The position numbers were made by a program, and so were the translations under genes. Under the pieces are notes generated by a model, which worked only from the letters and a program-made list of their open reading frames with translations, searched no databases and was not told the DNA's origin. Positions 37,709 through 49,829 of a stretch of DNA of 64,000 bases are shown piece after piece (the first letter of the stretch is position 1; every line of letters starts with the position of its first letter). Location of the stretch: the NCBI RefSeq assembly GCF_006345805.1, contig NC_042999.1:55242001-55306000 (forward strand), written 5' to 3'. The stretch is from Octopus sinensis. Lineage: Eukaryota.

Positions 37709-39056
37709 CATCTGCTACAATCGTATCTTTTATCCGCATCTGCTACAATCGTATCTTTTATCCGCATCTGCTACAATCGTATCTTTTATCCGCATCTTCT
37801 ACAATCGTATCTTTTATCCGCATCTGCTACAACCGTATCTTTTATCCGCATCTGCTACAATCGTATCTTTTATCCGAATCTGCTACAACCGTATCTTTTA
37901 TCCGCATCTGCTACAATCGTATCTTTTATCCGCATCTACTACAATCGTATCTTCTATTCGCATCCGCTACAATCGTATCTTTTATCTGAATCTGCTACAA
38001 CCGTATCTTTTATCCACATCTGCTACAATCGTATCTTTTATCCGAATCTGCTACAACCGTATCTTTTATCCGCATCTGCTACAATCTTATCTTTTATCCG
38101 CATCTACTACAATCGTATCTTCTATTCGCATCCGCTACAATCGTATCTTTTATCTGAATCTGCTACAACCGTATCTTTTATCCACATCTGCTACAATCGT
38201 ATCTTTTATCCGAATCTGCTACAACCGTATCTTTTATCCGCATCTGCTACAATCTTATCTTTTATCCGCATCTACTACAATCGTATCTTCTATTCGCATC
38301 CGCTACAATCGTATCTTTTATCCGAATCTGCTACAACCGTATCTTTTATCCGCATCTGCTACAACCGTATCTTTTATCCGCATCTGCTACAATCGTATCT
38401 GCTATTCGCATCCGCTACAATCGTATCTTTTATCCGCATCTGTTACAATCACATCTTTTATCCGCATCTGCTACAATCGTATCTATTATCCGAATCTGCT
38501 ACAATCGTATCTTCTATTCGCATCTGCTACAATCGTATCTTTTATCCGCATCTGCTACAATCGTATCTTCTATTTGCATCTGCTACAATCATATCTTTTA
38601 TCCGCATCTGCCACAATCGTATCTTTTATCCGCATCTGCTACAATCGTATCTTCTATTCGCATCTGCTACAATCGTATCTTTTATCCGCATCTGCTACAA
38701 ACGTATCTTCTATTCGCATCTGCTACAATCGTATCATTTATCCGCATCAGCTACAATCGTATTTTTTTGTCCGAATCTTCTACAATCGTATCTTCTATTC
38801 GCATCTGCTACAATCGTATCTTTTATCCGAATCTGCTACAACCGTATCTTCTATTCGCATCTGCTACAATCGTATCTTTTATCCGCATCTGCTACAATCG
38901 TATCTTCTATTCGCATCTGCTACAATCGTATCTTCTATTCGCATCTGCTACAATCGTATCTTCTATTCGCATCTGCTACAATCGTATCTTTTATCCGCAT
39001 CTGCTACAATCGTATCTTTTAGAGGCATCTGCTACAATCGTATCTTTTAGAAGCAT
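37709..39056. repeat. 28-bp minisatellite, ~48 units (CATCTGCTACAATCGTATCTTTTATCCG)
   Basis: Unit starts are 28 bp apart (37711, 37739). The variant CTACT recurs at 37936, 38104 and 38272 (168-bp period). Confidence 0.97.
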
Positions 39057-40537
39057 CGCACACACTCATCCCAACTGATTCAAAGTAATTTCATCTTTGG
39101 TCTGTCACTTGTTTCAGTCATCAGACTGCGGCCATGCTGGTGCACCGCCTCGAAGAAAATTTAGTCGAATGAATCGACCCCAGGGCTTATTTCTCTTCAA
39201 GTTTGGTACTTACTCTAGCAGTCACTTTTACGGGAATGTAAATACATTAACACCGGTTGTCAAAACGGTGGTGAGGGACAAACACACAAAAACAAAGACA
39301 CTCACACACACAGATATATATATATATATACATGTGTGTGTGTGTGTGTGTGTATGTATGCATAACATGGGCGTCTTTTAATTTCCATTCACCATATCCA
39401 CTCACAAGTCTTTGGCCGGCCCGAGGCTATGATAGAAAATACTTTCCCAAGCTACCACACAGTGCGACTGAACCAGAAACCATTCTTACCAAATAGCCAC
39501 GCCTGCGCCAAAAAGACATGGGGCATCGGCCGGGAATAGAACACGGACTGCCCTTCACTATACGCACACATACAGTCACCACATACATACCAGCGAATTA
39601 ATATTGTATACCATCAAACTGCGCCAAGGTCGACTTTTCCTTTCATTCTTTCGGGGTCGATAAATTAAGTACCAGTTGCGTATTGGGTTCGATCGAGTCG
39701 CCTGGCCCCTCCCCCAAAATTTTGGGCCTTGTGCCTAGAGTAGAAAAGAAAAAGGCGGCAAGCTGGCAGAAACGTTAGCACGCCGGGCGAAATGCTTAAC
39801 GGTATTTCGTCTGCCGCTACGTTCTGAGTTCAAATTCCGCCGAGGTCGACTTTGCCTTTCATCCATTTGGGGTCGATTAAATAAGTACCAGTTACGCACT
39901 GGGGTCGATATAATCGACTTAATCCGTTTGTCTGTCCTTGTTTGTCCTCTCTGTGTTTTGTGTTTTGTCTACCTTGTGGGTAGTAAAGATATAGGTATTT
40001 CGTCTGCCGTTACGTTCTGAGTTCAAATTCCGCTGAGGTCGACTTTGCCTTTCATCCTTTCGGGTCGATAAATTAAGTACTAGTTATGCACTGGGGTCGA
40101 TCTAATCGACTGTCCCCTTCCCCCAAAAATTTCGGACCTTGTGCCTAGAGTAGAAAAGAATATTGTATATCAGCAACCCTTACTCATGTACCCTAAACAT
40201 CAGCTCAGCTGCTAGACCCCACGAGCATTGACGATCTTCATTTGCAATCTTAGATTTACACCATTTCAAAATCAACGTCAAATACATTAACCACACCGAT
40301 TTCATCGGTTTTAATCGGTGCCACCCGTTTCTCTTCTGGAGCTAATATAGTAGAGACATAAAATATTTTACACATAGGAGTGGCTGTGTAGTAAGTAGCT
40401 TGCTTACCAACCACCTTGTTTCGGGATCAATCCCATTGCGTGGCACCTTGGGCAAGTGTCTTCTACTATAGCCTCGGGCCGACCAAAGCCTTGTGAGTGG
40501 ATTTGGTAGACGGAAACTGAAAGGAAGCCCTCGTGTA

Positions 40538-40575
<38 letters not shown>

Positions 40576-41370
40576 ATGTGTGTTTGTGTATATGTGTTTG
40601 TCCCCCCAACATCGCTTGACAACCGATGCTGGTGTGTTTACGTCCCCGTAACTTAGCGGTTCGGCAAAAGAAACCGATGGAATAAGTACTAGGCTAACAA
40701 AGAATAAGTCCTGGGGTCGATTTGCTCGGCTAAAGGTAGTGCTCCAGCATGGCCGCAGTCAAATGACTGAAACAAGTAAAAGATATCTCTTCTATAAAGA
40801 GTAAAGAGAGAGTGATACATTTGAAAGTTGGTGTAAAAGCAAAACGGAACTGTGACATTAGTGTTTTCCAACATAATGAGAATAGAAATGGTAACCTAAA
40901 CACAGAAGCGAATGAGTCAACAAAACACGGACGTCAGTCTTTTGTGACTATTGGCTATCTAACTTCGGAGAAAGAAATCTATTGTTCTGTTAAGATTTAG
41001 GTGGCGCATCCTGTTATGACAAACAAAATGAAGGTCAACGTAAATACGACCAGGGACACTGTGCACCTTGCTCGACCTTATGTAACCATCTGTAAACATT
41101 AATATATATATATATATATATACTCTTTACTCTTTTACTTGTTTCAGTCATTCGACTGTGGCCATGCTGGAGCACTGCCTTTAGTCGAGCAAATCGACCC
41201 CAGGACTTATTCTTTGTAAGCCTAGTACTTATTCTATCGGTCTCTTTTGCCGAACGGCTAATGCTACGGGGACGTGAACACACCAGCATCGGTTGTCAAA
41301 CGATGTTGGGGGGGGGATAAATACAGACACACAAATACACACACAAATACACACACAAATACACACACAT

Positions 41371-41411
<41 letters not shown>

Positions 41412-41959
41412 CATATATACGGCGGGCTTCTTTCAGTTTCCGTCTACCAAATCCACTCACAAGGCTTTGGTCGGCCCGAAGCTATAGTAGAAGACACTTG
41501 CCCAAGGTGCTACGCAGTGGGACTGAACCCAGAACCATGTGGTTGGTAAGCAAGCTATTTACCACACTCCTACGCCTATGTATAAACAAGTAAAAGAATA
41601 AATAAAAAACCATACCCTGCGCCTAAACAAACACATACATGTCTGTGATCATACCTTCGATTTTGTCAATCGACATTTCAGGATATACTCGCCTTTGCGT
41701 CAAATACATTGCCAGGTGATTCCACAAAGACTCGTAGGCATCAATAAGATAATTCGCCAAACTGCAATAAGTGCATAGATCGATAAAAGCGATTAAAAAC
41801 CCTCGTGAGCGTTGCTCAGACATGGCCGCAGTCAACGAAACCGGTAACATGATATTAAAAGAAAAGTGATACAACAAACCGGATATCACTACTCTACCAA
41901 ATTCGGTTTCTTAGTACATACTTACAACATATGTATGCGTATGCACAGACACACACGCA

Positions 41960-41986
41960 TATGTAGATAGATAGATAGATAGATAG

Positions 41987-42064
<78 letters not shown>

Positions 42065-42157
42065 CGACGATGGACAGACGGATGGATGGATGGAAGGATA
42101 GATTGATGGATGGATAGATCGACAGACCAACAGACAGACAGACAGACAAATAGATAA

Positions 42158-42191
<34 letters not shown>

Positions 42192-42200
42192 TGATTGATT

Positions 42201-42272
<72 letters not shown>

Positions 42273-43625
42273 GACAGATAGATAACTTTCTTTATTGGCC
42301 ACACAGGGCTGAACACAGAGGGGACAAATACAAATGTAGAGCTTTTCTTTCCTAAATGAAAAAGAATAAGGGAAAAAATGAGAGAAAAATGTAAAATTTC
42401 GATCAAAAGGGATCGGAAAAAGAAAAAAAGACGATCAAACGGGATCGTGTATCAAAGAAGAATTTAAATGTAAAAAGCAACAGTAGGTTTATCCGTTGAA
42501 AGAAAAGCCTACGGAAAAGATCACAGTAACCACAGGAAGGGAGAGAATAAACACATGAGAGCAAAGTGCTCTCTCTCTCTTTTTCGATTTACAGGATGAT
42601 GCTCAAAATGGTTTCGTCACTCGCACGCACCATCTTTGCTACATTCATCCTCGCGAGACAAAACCTGCTTCTCCATTCTCACCTTCCTTTGATGAGCGAT
42701 TGACCAGAGAGGTAAGTGTCTGTCTCTAATCGTTTCGCTTGAGTTCACCTCACACATTCTTTCACCATAACCACCAATACGAAGATTGCCTTGCCTTCCC
42801 AGTTGAGGGAAGGTGGCGGAGCAATTTTCACGATAAACTCGGTCGACAGGCGGACTCGTCCCACACCTAACAGCAGCCGTTTGGCATAAGCCCACAGGTC
42901 CGAAATGGTTGGTCACTGCACGAGTGCGTGCAGAACGGTTTCGTTGCTCTGACCGCATCTTGGGCAAGTTGGTTCGGTGTCTCGAACTGTGCCTGTAGAA
43001 CTTATCCCGGACAACTAATGCTTCTCGATAGCACTGCCAGGCCAGGGATCTTTGGTGATTGTCAATAGGTCCCTGCCCGAAAGTTGTCCTGAACAGGCGG
43101 GTCAGGTGTTCCTCATCGACGCCCAGATTCTGCCCGAGAACGTCGTCGCACCTCCCCTCCACTAATCCTCTATAGAACGCCTTTGTCGTAATGAAGTCGC
43201 ACAAGTTTGGTCCCGGACGGCAGAGTTGCTTGAGAGCAACGCGACACTCGTGGTGCCATTCACCTAGCCTCGGTCTCTGTTTCATTTACGACTGCTGTTC
43301 GGCCAAGGGGACGAGCTGCGGGAAAGCGCGCCGCACAGAAGGCGACCACACCTGTTCATCGTCGTCTATGAAGCGCCGGAGATGTCGCAGTCTCAGCGCA
43401 TGTCTGCGCATCATCAACCACGACATGCCCAGCCCTCCATTTAGCGGGTGTTGACAGCAAATGAATCGCCTAACCATCGGAACGGTTCCCTTCCACAAGA
43501 AGCAGTCTCGAGTGTAACCGGCCGAAACTGCAGTGATGATCTGGAACTCGACTGATGATTGAAGGCTCCGAATGACCCGTCCTTGTTTTATCCTGTTCTT
43601 CTTCGTATCGTCTAACTGTCCGGAT
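41960..43625 (-). mobile_element. 3' ~1.3 kb of a Tx1/L1-like LINE plus (TCTA)n tail
   Basis: Reads FLWKGTVPMVRRFICCQHPLNGGLGM and QRSLAWQCYREALVVRDKFYRH (L1/Tx1 ORF2 C-terminal region). The 3' end TTGTCCCCTCTGTGTTCAGCCCTGTGTGGCCAATAAAGAAA is followed by the (TCTA)n array at 41960-42285. Confidence 0.85.
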
Positions 43626-44111
43626 GTTTTGTTCTCGCCTCTTACGTTCTTGTTCCATTTTTTTTTGTTTTGTTCATATATATACTCAAACATATGCACA
43701 TAAATATACATAAACGTATACACACACATAGTGAGACTGATTCCGGAGCCACGTGGCTTCTTGCCACACATTCACGATTGTATGTTTTTATTTGCAGGCG
43801 CAAGACTCAGCGATTAGAGCGTCGGGCTTGCAATCATGAGGTTGTGTGTTTTGTTCTTGAGCAAGAGACTTTATTTCACGTTGATTCAGTTCACTCAGCT
43901 GTAGAAATCAGTTGTCATGTCACTGGTACCAAGCTGTATCGGTCCTTTGCCTTTCCCTTGGATAACATCAGTGACGTGGAAGAGGGGAGGCTGGAATGCA
44001 TGGATGACTGCTGGTCTTTCATAAACAACCTTGCACGGACTTGTGCTTCGGTGGGGAACTTTCTAGGTGCAATCCCATGGTAATTCATGACCGAAGCGGG
44101 GTGGTCTTTCC

Positions 44112-44156
<45 letters not shown>

Positions 44157-44289
44157 TGAAGTTTGTTTCTTAAACAATCTGGTCGGGTTTAGTCCTACTA
44201 CGTGGCACTTTTCTACAGCTTCGGGCCAACTAAAGCCCTGAGTGGATTTGGAAACTAAAAGAAGCCTGTCGCATATGTATGTATGTATG

Positions 44290-44316
44290 CATGTATGTAT
44301 ATTATATGTATATGTA

Positions 44317-44373
<57 letters not shown>

Positions 44374-44513
44374 CACACTATATATATATATTAATATATA
44401 TGTATATTATATATATATATATATTATATATATATAGATATATATATATGTAATATATATATAATAATATATATATATATATATATAATATATTATATAT
44501 GAGTATGTATATG

Positions 44514-44545
<32 letters not shown>

Positions 44546-44610
44546 ATTATATATATATATATATATTATATATATATAATATTATATATATATATTATAT
44601 ATATATATAT
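44290..44610. repeat. Long interrupted (TA)n array
   Basis: Directly visible. Similar arrays lie at 9580-9768 and 50945-51320. Confidence 0.95.
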
Positions 44611-44925
44611 AGGGAAAGTTTACGAAAATAAACAAAAGACGAAGGCAGGTGGAGTACAAAAAACAAATGTTTAGTATAGCGCTCAGGAATAGCAATAGAA
44701 AAAGTCTTTTACGTTTCGAGCCTACGCTCTTCGACAGAAAGATACACAGAAATAAACAAGGAGAGAAAAAATGCGTGATACTTTCTGTTTATTTCTTCAT
44801 ATTCCTTTCTGATGAAGAGCGCAGGCTAGAAATGTAAAATACTTTTCCATTTTTACCGAGCGTGAAACTAATACACTTACTTGTTGTTTATACACCTGTC
44901 TTTGCCTTTTGCTTTTCTATAAATT
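44610..44925. mobile_element. Back-to-back inverted pair of the hammerhead-bearing ~190-bp repeat
   Basis: The minus copy (44610-44780) has its motif at 44705-44742. The more diverged plus copy (44780-44925) has its motif at 44804-44841. Confidence 0.7.
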
Positions 44926-46676
44926 TCAACTATATATATGTGTGTGTGTGTGTAGTTTGCGGTCATGTTGCCTAAATAAGTACATATTTCGACTGCATGG
45001 TCACAGTTTAATGGCTGAAAAAAATAATAAAAGAAAAAAAGATATATGTACAAATATAACATATATGTATGGATTTGTATTAGGAATCCATTATGTCTTT
45101 TAATCGAAAACTTGTGAAGGCCTCTGGCTTAGTGGTAAGGGCATTTGGCGCTTGATCGTAACGTTGTGAGTTCGATATTCGGGCGGTGCGTTTTGCCCTT
45201 GAGCATGTCACTTTATTTCACGCTGTTCTCCACTCAGCTGGCAAAAATGAATAGTACCCGTATTCCAAAGGGCCAACCTCGTCACATTCTCTGCGACGCG
45301 GAATCTCCCTGAGAATTGCATTGAGGGCACGCATATCTGTGAAGTGCTCAGCCACTTGCACATTAATTTCTCGAGCAGTCTGTTCCGTTGATCGGACCAA
45401 CTGAAGCGCTCGTCGTCGCAACCGACGGAGTGACGATTGAATCAAAGATCTATTTCACTTGGTCGATATGTAGTACACGTATGTATTGACGTATCACAGC
45501 CTGATTAACGAACCGTGCAACTCCCTTTATTAATAATATTTCTCATTTGTTATTTCATTAAGAGGATCGTCTATAATTAGTATAGAGCTGCGATAATTGA
45601 TTAATAATTAAAACTTGTATCTAACTTCATTAATTCTCATTAATTCGATTTATTCCGATCTGTTTGTTCAGATCCGAATTCCAGAAGTTTCCGCCAATAA
45701 CTGCTACTCCTGCTTATCTCGTATCTTTTGCTCGTTTCAGTCATAAACTGCGGCCATGCTGGGGCACACCGCCTTGAAGAATTTTTAGTCAAATTAATCG
45801 ATCCCTGTACTTGTTCTTTTAAGCCTTGTACTTATTCTATCGGTCCTTTTTGCCGAATTGCTAAGTTACGGTGACGTAAATACACCAACACCCTTTGAAG
45901 AACTCAATTTGGTTCAGTTGAATATATTTCAGCTAAAATTAGTAGGCCAAAGCTGATGGGGTAGGGAGAACAGAAACTTCTAATACTTAACTATTTAATA
46001 GCCATAATCCTAATTGTGATTTGAAATGAATAGGTATGTTTTAGATAGTTTTTTCAAAGAATTCGAATAATTTTAGTATCTTATACAATATAGGGATGGA
46101 AAATATAGAAATGATTTCATATTTTTATTTAAATATAAATCAAATTAATAGAAATTTATAGTTAATTAGTAAATAGTATTTGCTTGGTATTAATGAGTTA
46201 AATTAAAGGATTATGTTAAACAGTTCATATATTATCTACATGCTAATGACTTTATAATGTATTTACTTGTATTATAAAATAGATAGTGAATTATAACAGT
46301 ATGGTTCTGTATAGGTTAAGTCTGAACCCAATAGAAATGTATTATCAGTAAGATGATATAGTGGGTAAATGAGTAAGATAAAATGGTTTAAAATTTCAGT
46401 GAAGGAAATTTAAATAAGTAAATTGAAAAATAAAATTATTGTAGAATATTGTAGATAAGGGGTAGACTAGATTTGTGTTCTAAAAACTTACCATAGAATA
46501 TACCTTGCTTATTTATAATAGGTGAGGTAAGCTGCTATAAGAAAATACCTAATAATTACATTATAATTTTATAATTACTAGATTAAAACTAATATTTCTT
46601 TATGTATATAACCTGTCGTACTTATCTCTCTCTCACTCTCTCACTCTCTCTCTCTCTCTCTCTTTCTCTTCTCTCT

Positions 46677-46727
<51 letters not shown>

Positions 46728-46742
46728 TATATATATATATAT

Positions 46743-47228
46743 ACAATTCATAAATAAGGGCAAACGAAAAAATTTCAAATGCCAAATATGCCGAAAATTG
46801 GACATATTGTCCACTAACCATATAATTTTTTCACAATACGCACGCTACTCGAAAAAAGGTGGACAGAAATTTCTAAAAAATTCCATTATTACCATATCAG
46901 ACGATTTCAGGGTTAGCTTATGACAGCCCTCCCTTCGTCAGTGATACATGTGGCAAAAGAAATAAATGAGATACTTACTCATACCCATGGAAGAAGCAAA
47001 TACTAAGTCATGAGCACAATTAAGTACCTCAAATACACTGACGAAGGGAGGGCTAACCCTGAAATCGGTCCGATATGGTAATAATGGAATTTTTTAGAAA
47101 TTTCTGTCCACCTTTTTTCGAGTAGCGTGCGTATTGTGAAAAAATTATATGGTTAATGGACAATATGTCCAATTTTTCGGCATATTTGGCATTTGAAATA
47201 TTTTCGTTTGCCCTTATTTATGAATTGT
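46743..47228. mobile_element. MITE/fold-back element with ~200-bp inverted arms
   Basis: 46743-46943 is nearly the reverse complement of 47036-47228, with a ~92-bp spacer. Confidence 0.9.
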
Positions 47229-47349
47229 TTATAATTTTAACCTTTAAAGGTATTTTTTAATATGCTGGCCATTGATAAAATTTTTTTGGCAAAAAATTTT
47301 TTTTCGAAAAAAATTTTATCCTACATTAGATAGATATATATATATAGAT

Positions 47350-47546
47350 GAGAACGCCATGTTGGACCGTTAGCTCCTACACGCATTTTTTTCTCTCCTT
47401 GTTTCTTTTCTGTGTATCTTTCTGTCGAAGAGCGTAGGCTCGAAACTTAAAAGTTTTATTTCTATTCCTGAGCGCCATACTAATACAATTGTTTGTTTGT
47501 ACTCCACCTGCCTTCGTCTTTTGTTTATTTTCGTAAACCTTCCCGT

Positions 47547-47548
<2 letters not shown>
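47350..47548 (+). mobile_element. Hammerhead-bearing ~190-bp repeat copy
   Basis: TCTTT CTGTCGA A GAGC GTAG GCTC GAAAC TTA AAAG at 47417-47453. Flanked by (TA)n. Confidence 0.65.
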
Positions 47549-47591
<43 letters not shown>

Positions 47592-47607
47592 CACCAAAGA
47601 TAACTGA

Positions 47608-47850
47608 AGGCAAGGATTATGGCAGCATTCACCAACTTAAACAAGATCATCGAGAAGAGTTGCAGGAGATTCCAAAGTCGTCTGGAGGCCGCGGTTGAAG
47701 CCAATGGCAATTTTATTGAATAAATTTACTCTTTCGTATTTCAAGATATTTTTATGTAATTTTGGTATATATAACTGTTAAAATGATATGTCGGTGTTAT
47801 TTTCATATTTGCGTAATTTAGACGACAGTTTATTCACTGCACACATATAT
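47608..47850 (+). mobile_element. Tc1/mariner-superfamily transposase C-terminal remnant
   Basis: Reads MAAFTNLNKIIEKSCRRFQSRLEAAVEANGNFIE*, a typical Tc1/mariner C-terminal helix, followed by a TIR-like TTTATTCACTGCAC. Confidence 0.65.
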
Positions 47851-47873
47851 CAAATATACATATACATATACAT

Positions 47874-47907
<34 letters not shown>

Positions 47908-48089
47908 TTTTTTTTTTATTTGATTTTAGTTTCAGCTCATTGAGCTGTGGCCGTGCCCCAGCATGGCCACAGCTCAATGAGCTGAAACTAAAATCAAATC
48001 AAAAAAAAAAAAAAATATATGTATGTATGTATATGTATATGTATATGTATATTTATATATAGTGTGCAGTGAATAAACTGTCGTCTAAA

Positions 48090-49195
48090 TTACCGTTAAT
48101 AAGATGTCTGTTGATAGCCATGAAAATTTTTTCGTCAGATTTCAGCATTTTTCAAAAAAATTAAAATCTATATCAATGGGTAGGACCTATTTGACGAAAA
48201 TATGAGCAGAGTCTGGTAGCGAACCCGTGTTGTCATTTTTGTGCCTGTGCGTAAAATGGTGAAATTTTACGCTTTGGGACAGATTTCGTCAAATTGATGT
48301 CACGACGGTTAGTGAGCAAAATGTCTAAATTTTGCTTGAGTAATAAAATGGGTAAAATAAACTAATAAAATAAACCTAATCAAAACCTGAAACGCTGGGG
48401 AGTTAAACCAACGAATTGAAATATCAAGGTTTAGCGAATCAAAACAATTCGCATTGAAATGAAGAATTAGCAAATGCTAAATGGATGGAATCACTCCGTC
48501 GGTTACGACGACGAGGGTTCCGGTTGATCCGAATCAACGGAACAGCCTGCTTGTGAAATTAACGTGTAAGTGGCTGAGCACTCCACAGACACGTGTACCC
48601 TTAACGTAGTTCTCGGAGATATTCAGCGTGACACAGAGAGTGACAAGGCCGGCCCTTTGAAATACAGGTACAGAAATAGAAGAAGAGTAAGAGTGAGAGA
48701 AAGTTGTGGTGAAAGAGTACAGCAGGGTTCACCACCATCCCCTGCCGGAGCCTCGTGGAGCTTTAGGTGTTTTCGCTCAATAAACACTTACAACGCCCGG
48801 TCTGGGAATCGAAACCGCGATCCTATGACCGCAAGTCCGCTGCCCTAACCACTGGGCCATTGCGCCTCCACAGCAAATGCTAAATAGATTACCGTTAATA
48901 AGCCGTCTGTTTATACCTATGAAACATTTTTCGTCAAATTTCGGCATTTTTCGTTAAATTGATGTCAAGATGGCTAGTGCGAAGAATGCCGAAATTTTAC
49001 GATTTCTGAAAAAAATCGACGCTAATTAAAAATCGATTTTAAAAAAAATTCCAAGTGCGTAAGTGACCGCATGGACATAAGCCCCCCCCCCCACACGTGT
49101 CAAGTTTCATCAAGGTCTGTTGGATAGTGTCGGAGGAGTTAAAGTAATAAATTCACAAACACACAAACTTTCTATTTACTATTATAGATAGATAT
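48090..49195 (+). mobile_element. Helentron/HINE-like element with internal direct repeats, interrupted by a SINE
   Basis: TTACCGTTAATAAG..GTCTGTT..ATGAAA is repeated at ~48090 and ~48890. The 3' end reads GTGTCAAGTTTCATCAAGG...CACACAAACTTTCTATTTACTATTATAGATAG. Confidence 0.45.
48483..48871 (-). mobile_element. SINE family C, full length with a 14-bp TSD
   Basis: tRNA-like head GTGGAGGCGCAATGGCCCAGTGGTTAGGGCAGCGG...TTCGATTCC. TSD AGCAAATGCTAAAT at 48469-48482 and 48872-48885. Other copies lie at 13363-13560, 14290-14645, 45115-45432, 53924-54330, 56482-56862 and 61270-61580. Confidence 0.9.
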
Positions 49196-49513
49196 ATACA
49201 AATTATAAAATAATTAAAACAATATGCAGTACAGTACTGTTTCTACTTCGCGGATTTCCACATATCGCGTGTGGTTTTGGAACGTAACAACCGCGATAGT
49301 CGAACTCCTACACTTCAGCTGCACCTCTCCTACCCATAGATTACACTGGACTCTTCCTTTGATGAGAAATCGCTAAAATACACCACGACGTTTGAACCTT
49401 TTGAACTTTTCTAAACTTTTTTGTGTCTTCTGCCTTCTGTCTGTCTGTCTGTCTGTCTTGTCTGTCTGTCTGTCTTTCTGTCTGTCTGTCTGTCTCTCTC
49501 TCTTTATATATAA

Positions 49514-49545
<32 letters not shown>

Positions 49546-49647
49546 TTATATATATCTGAATGTTTGTTTGTTTTTATATCAAGTTATATATAAAAACAGT
49601 TTAACATTCAACTGAAGGATTATTCAGTACTTTTTAGAACAGTAGTT

Positions 49648-49784
49648 CTTTACATTATTTACATTTGACAGATATTTGTCCTCATTTTGCTTGTTGTTAC
49701 GCCATATGCCTACGGGCGTATGGCATAGTGGTTAAGAGTGCGGGCTACTAACCCCAAGATTCCGAACTCCATTCCAAGCAATGA

Positions 49785-49829
<45 letters not shown>

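Noticed and set aside
37625-39022. 465-aa ORF as a protein-coding gene
   Set aside because: It lies almost entirely in the 28-bp minisatellite. The unit lacks stops on the + strand, so long ORFs arise automatically, and the 28/56-aa periodicity just mirrors the DNA.
37709-39056. CRISPR array
   Set aside because: The units are contiguous with no unique spacers, and the context is eukaryotic.
48800-48871. tRNA genes at tRNA-like heads (also ~13363, ~15625, ~49713)
   Set aside because: The heads run directly into SINE bodies, with no complete cloverleaf or Pol III terminator.
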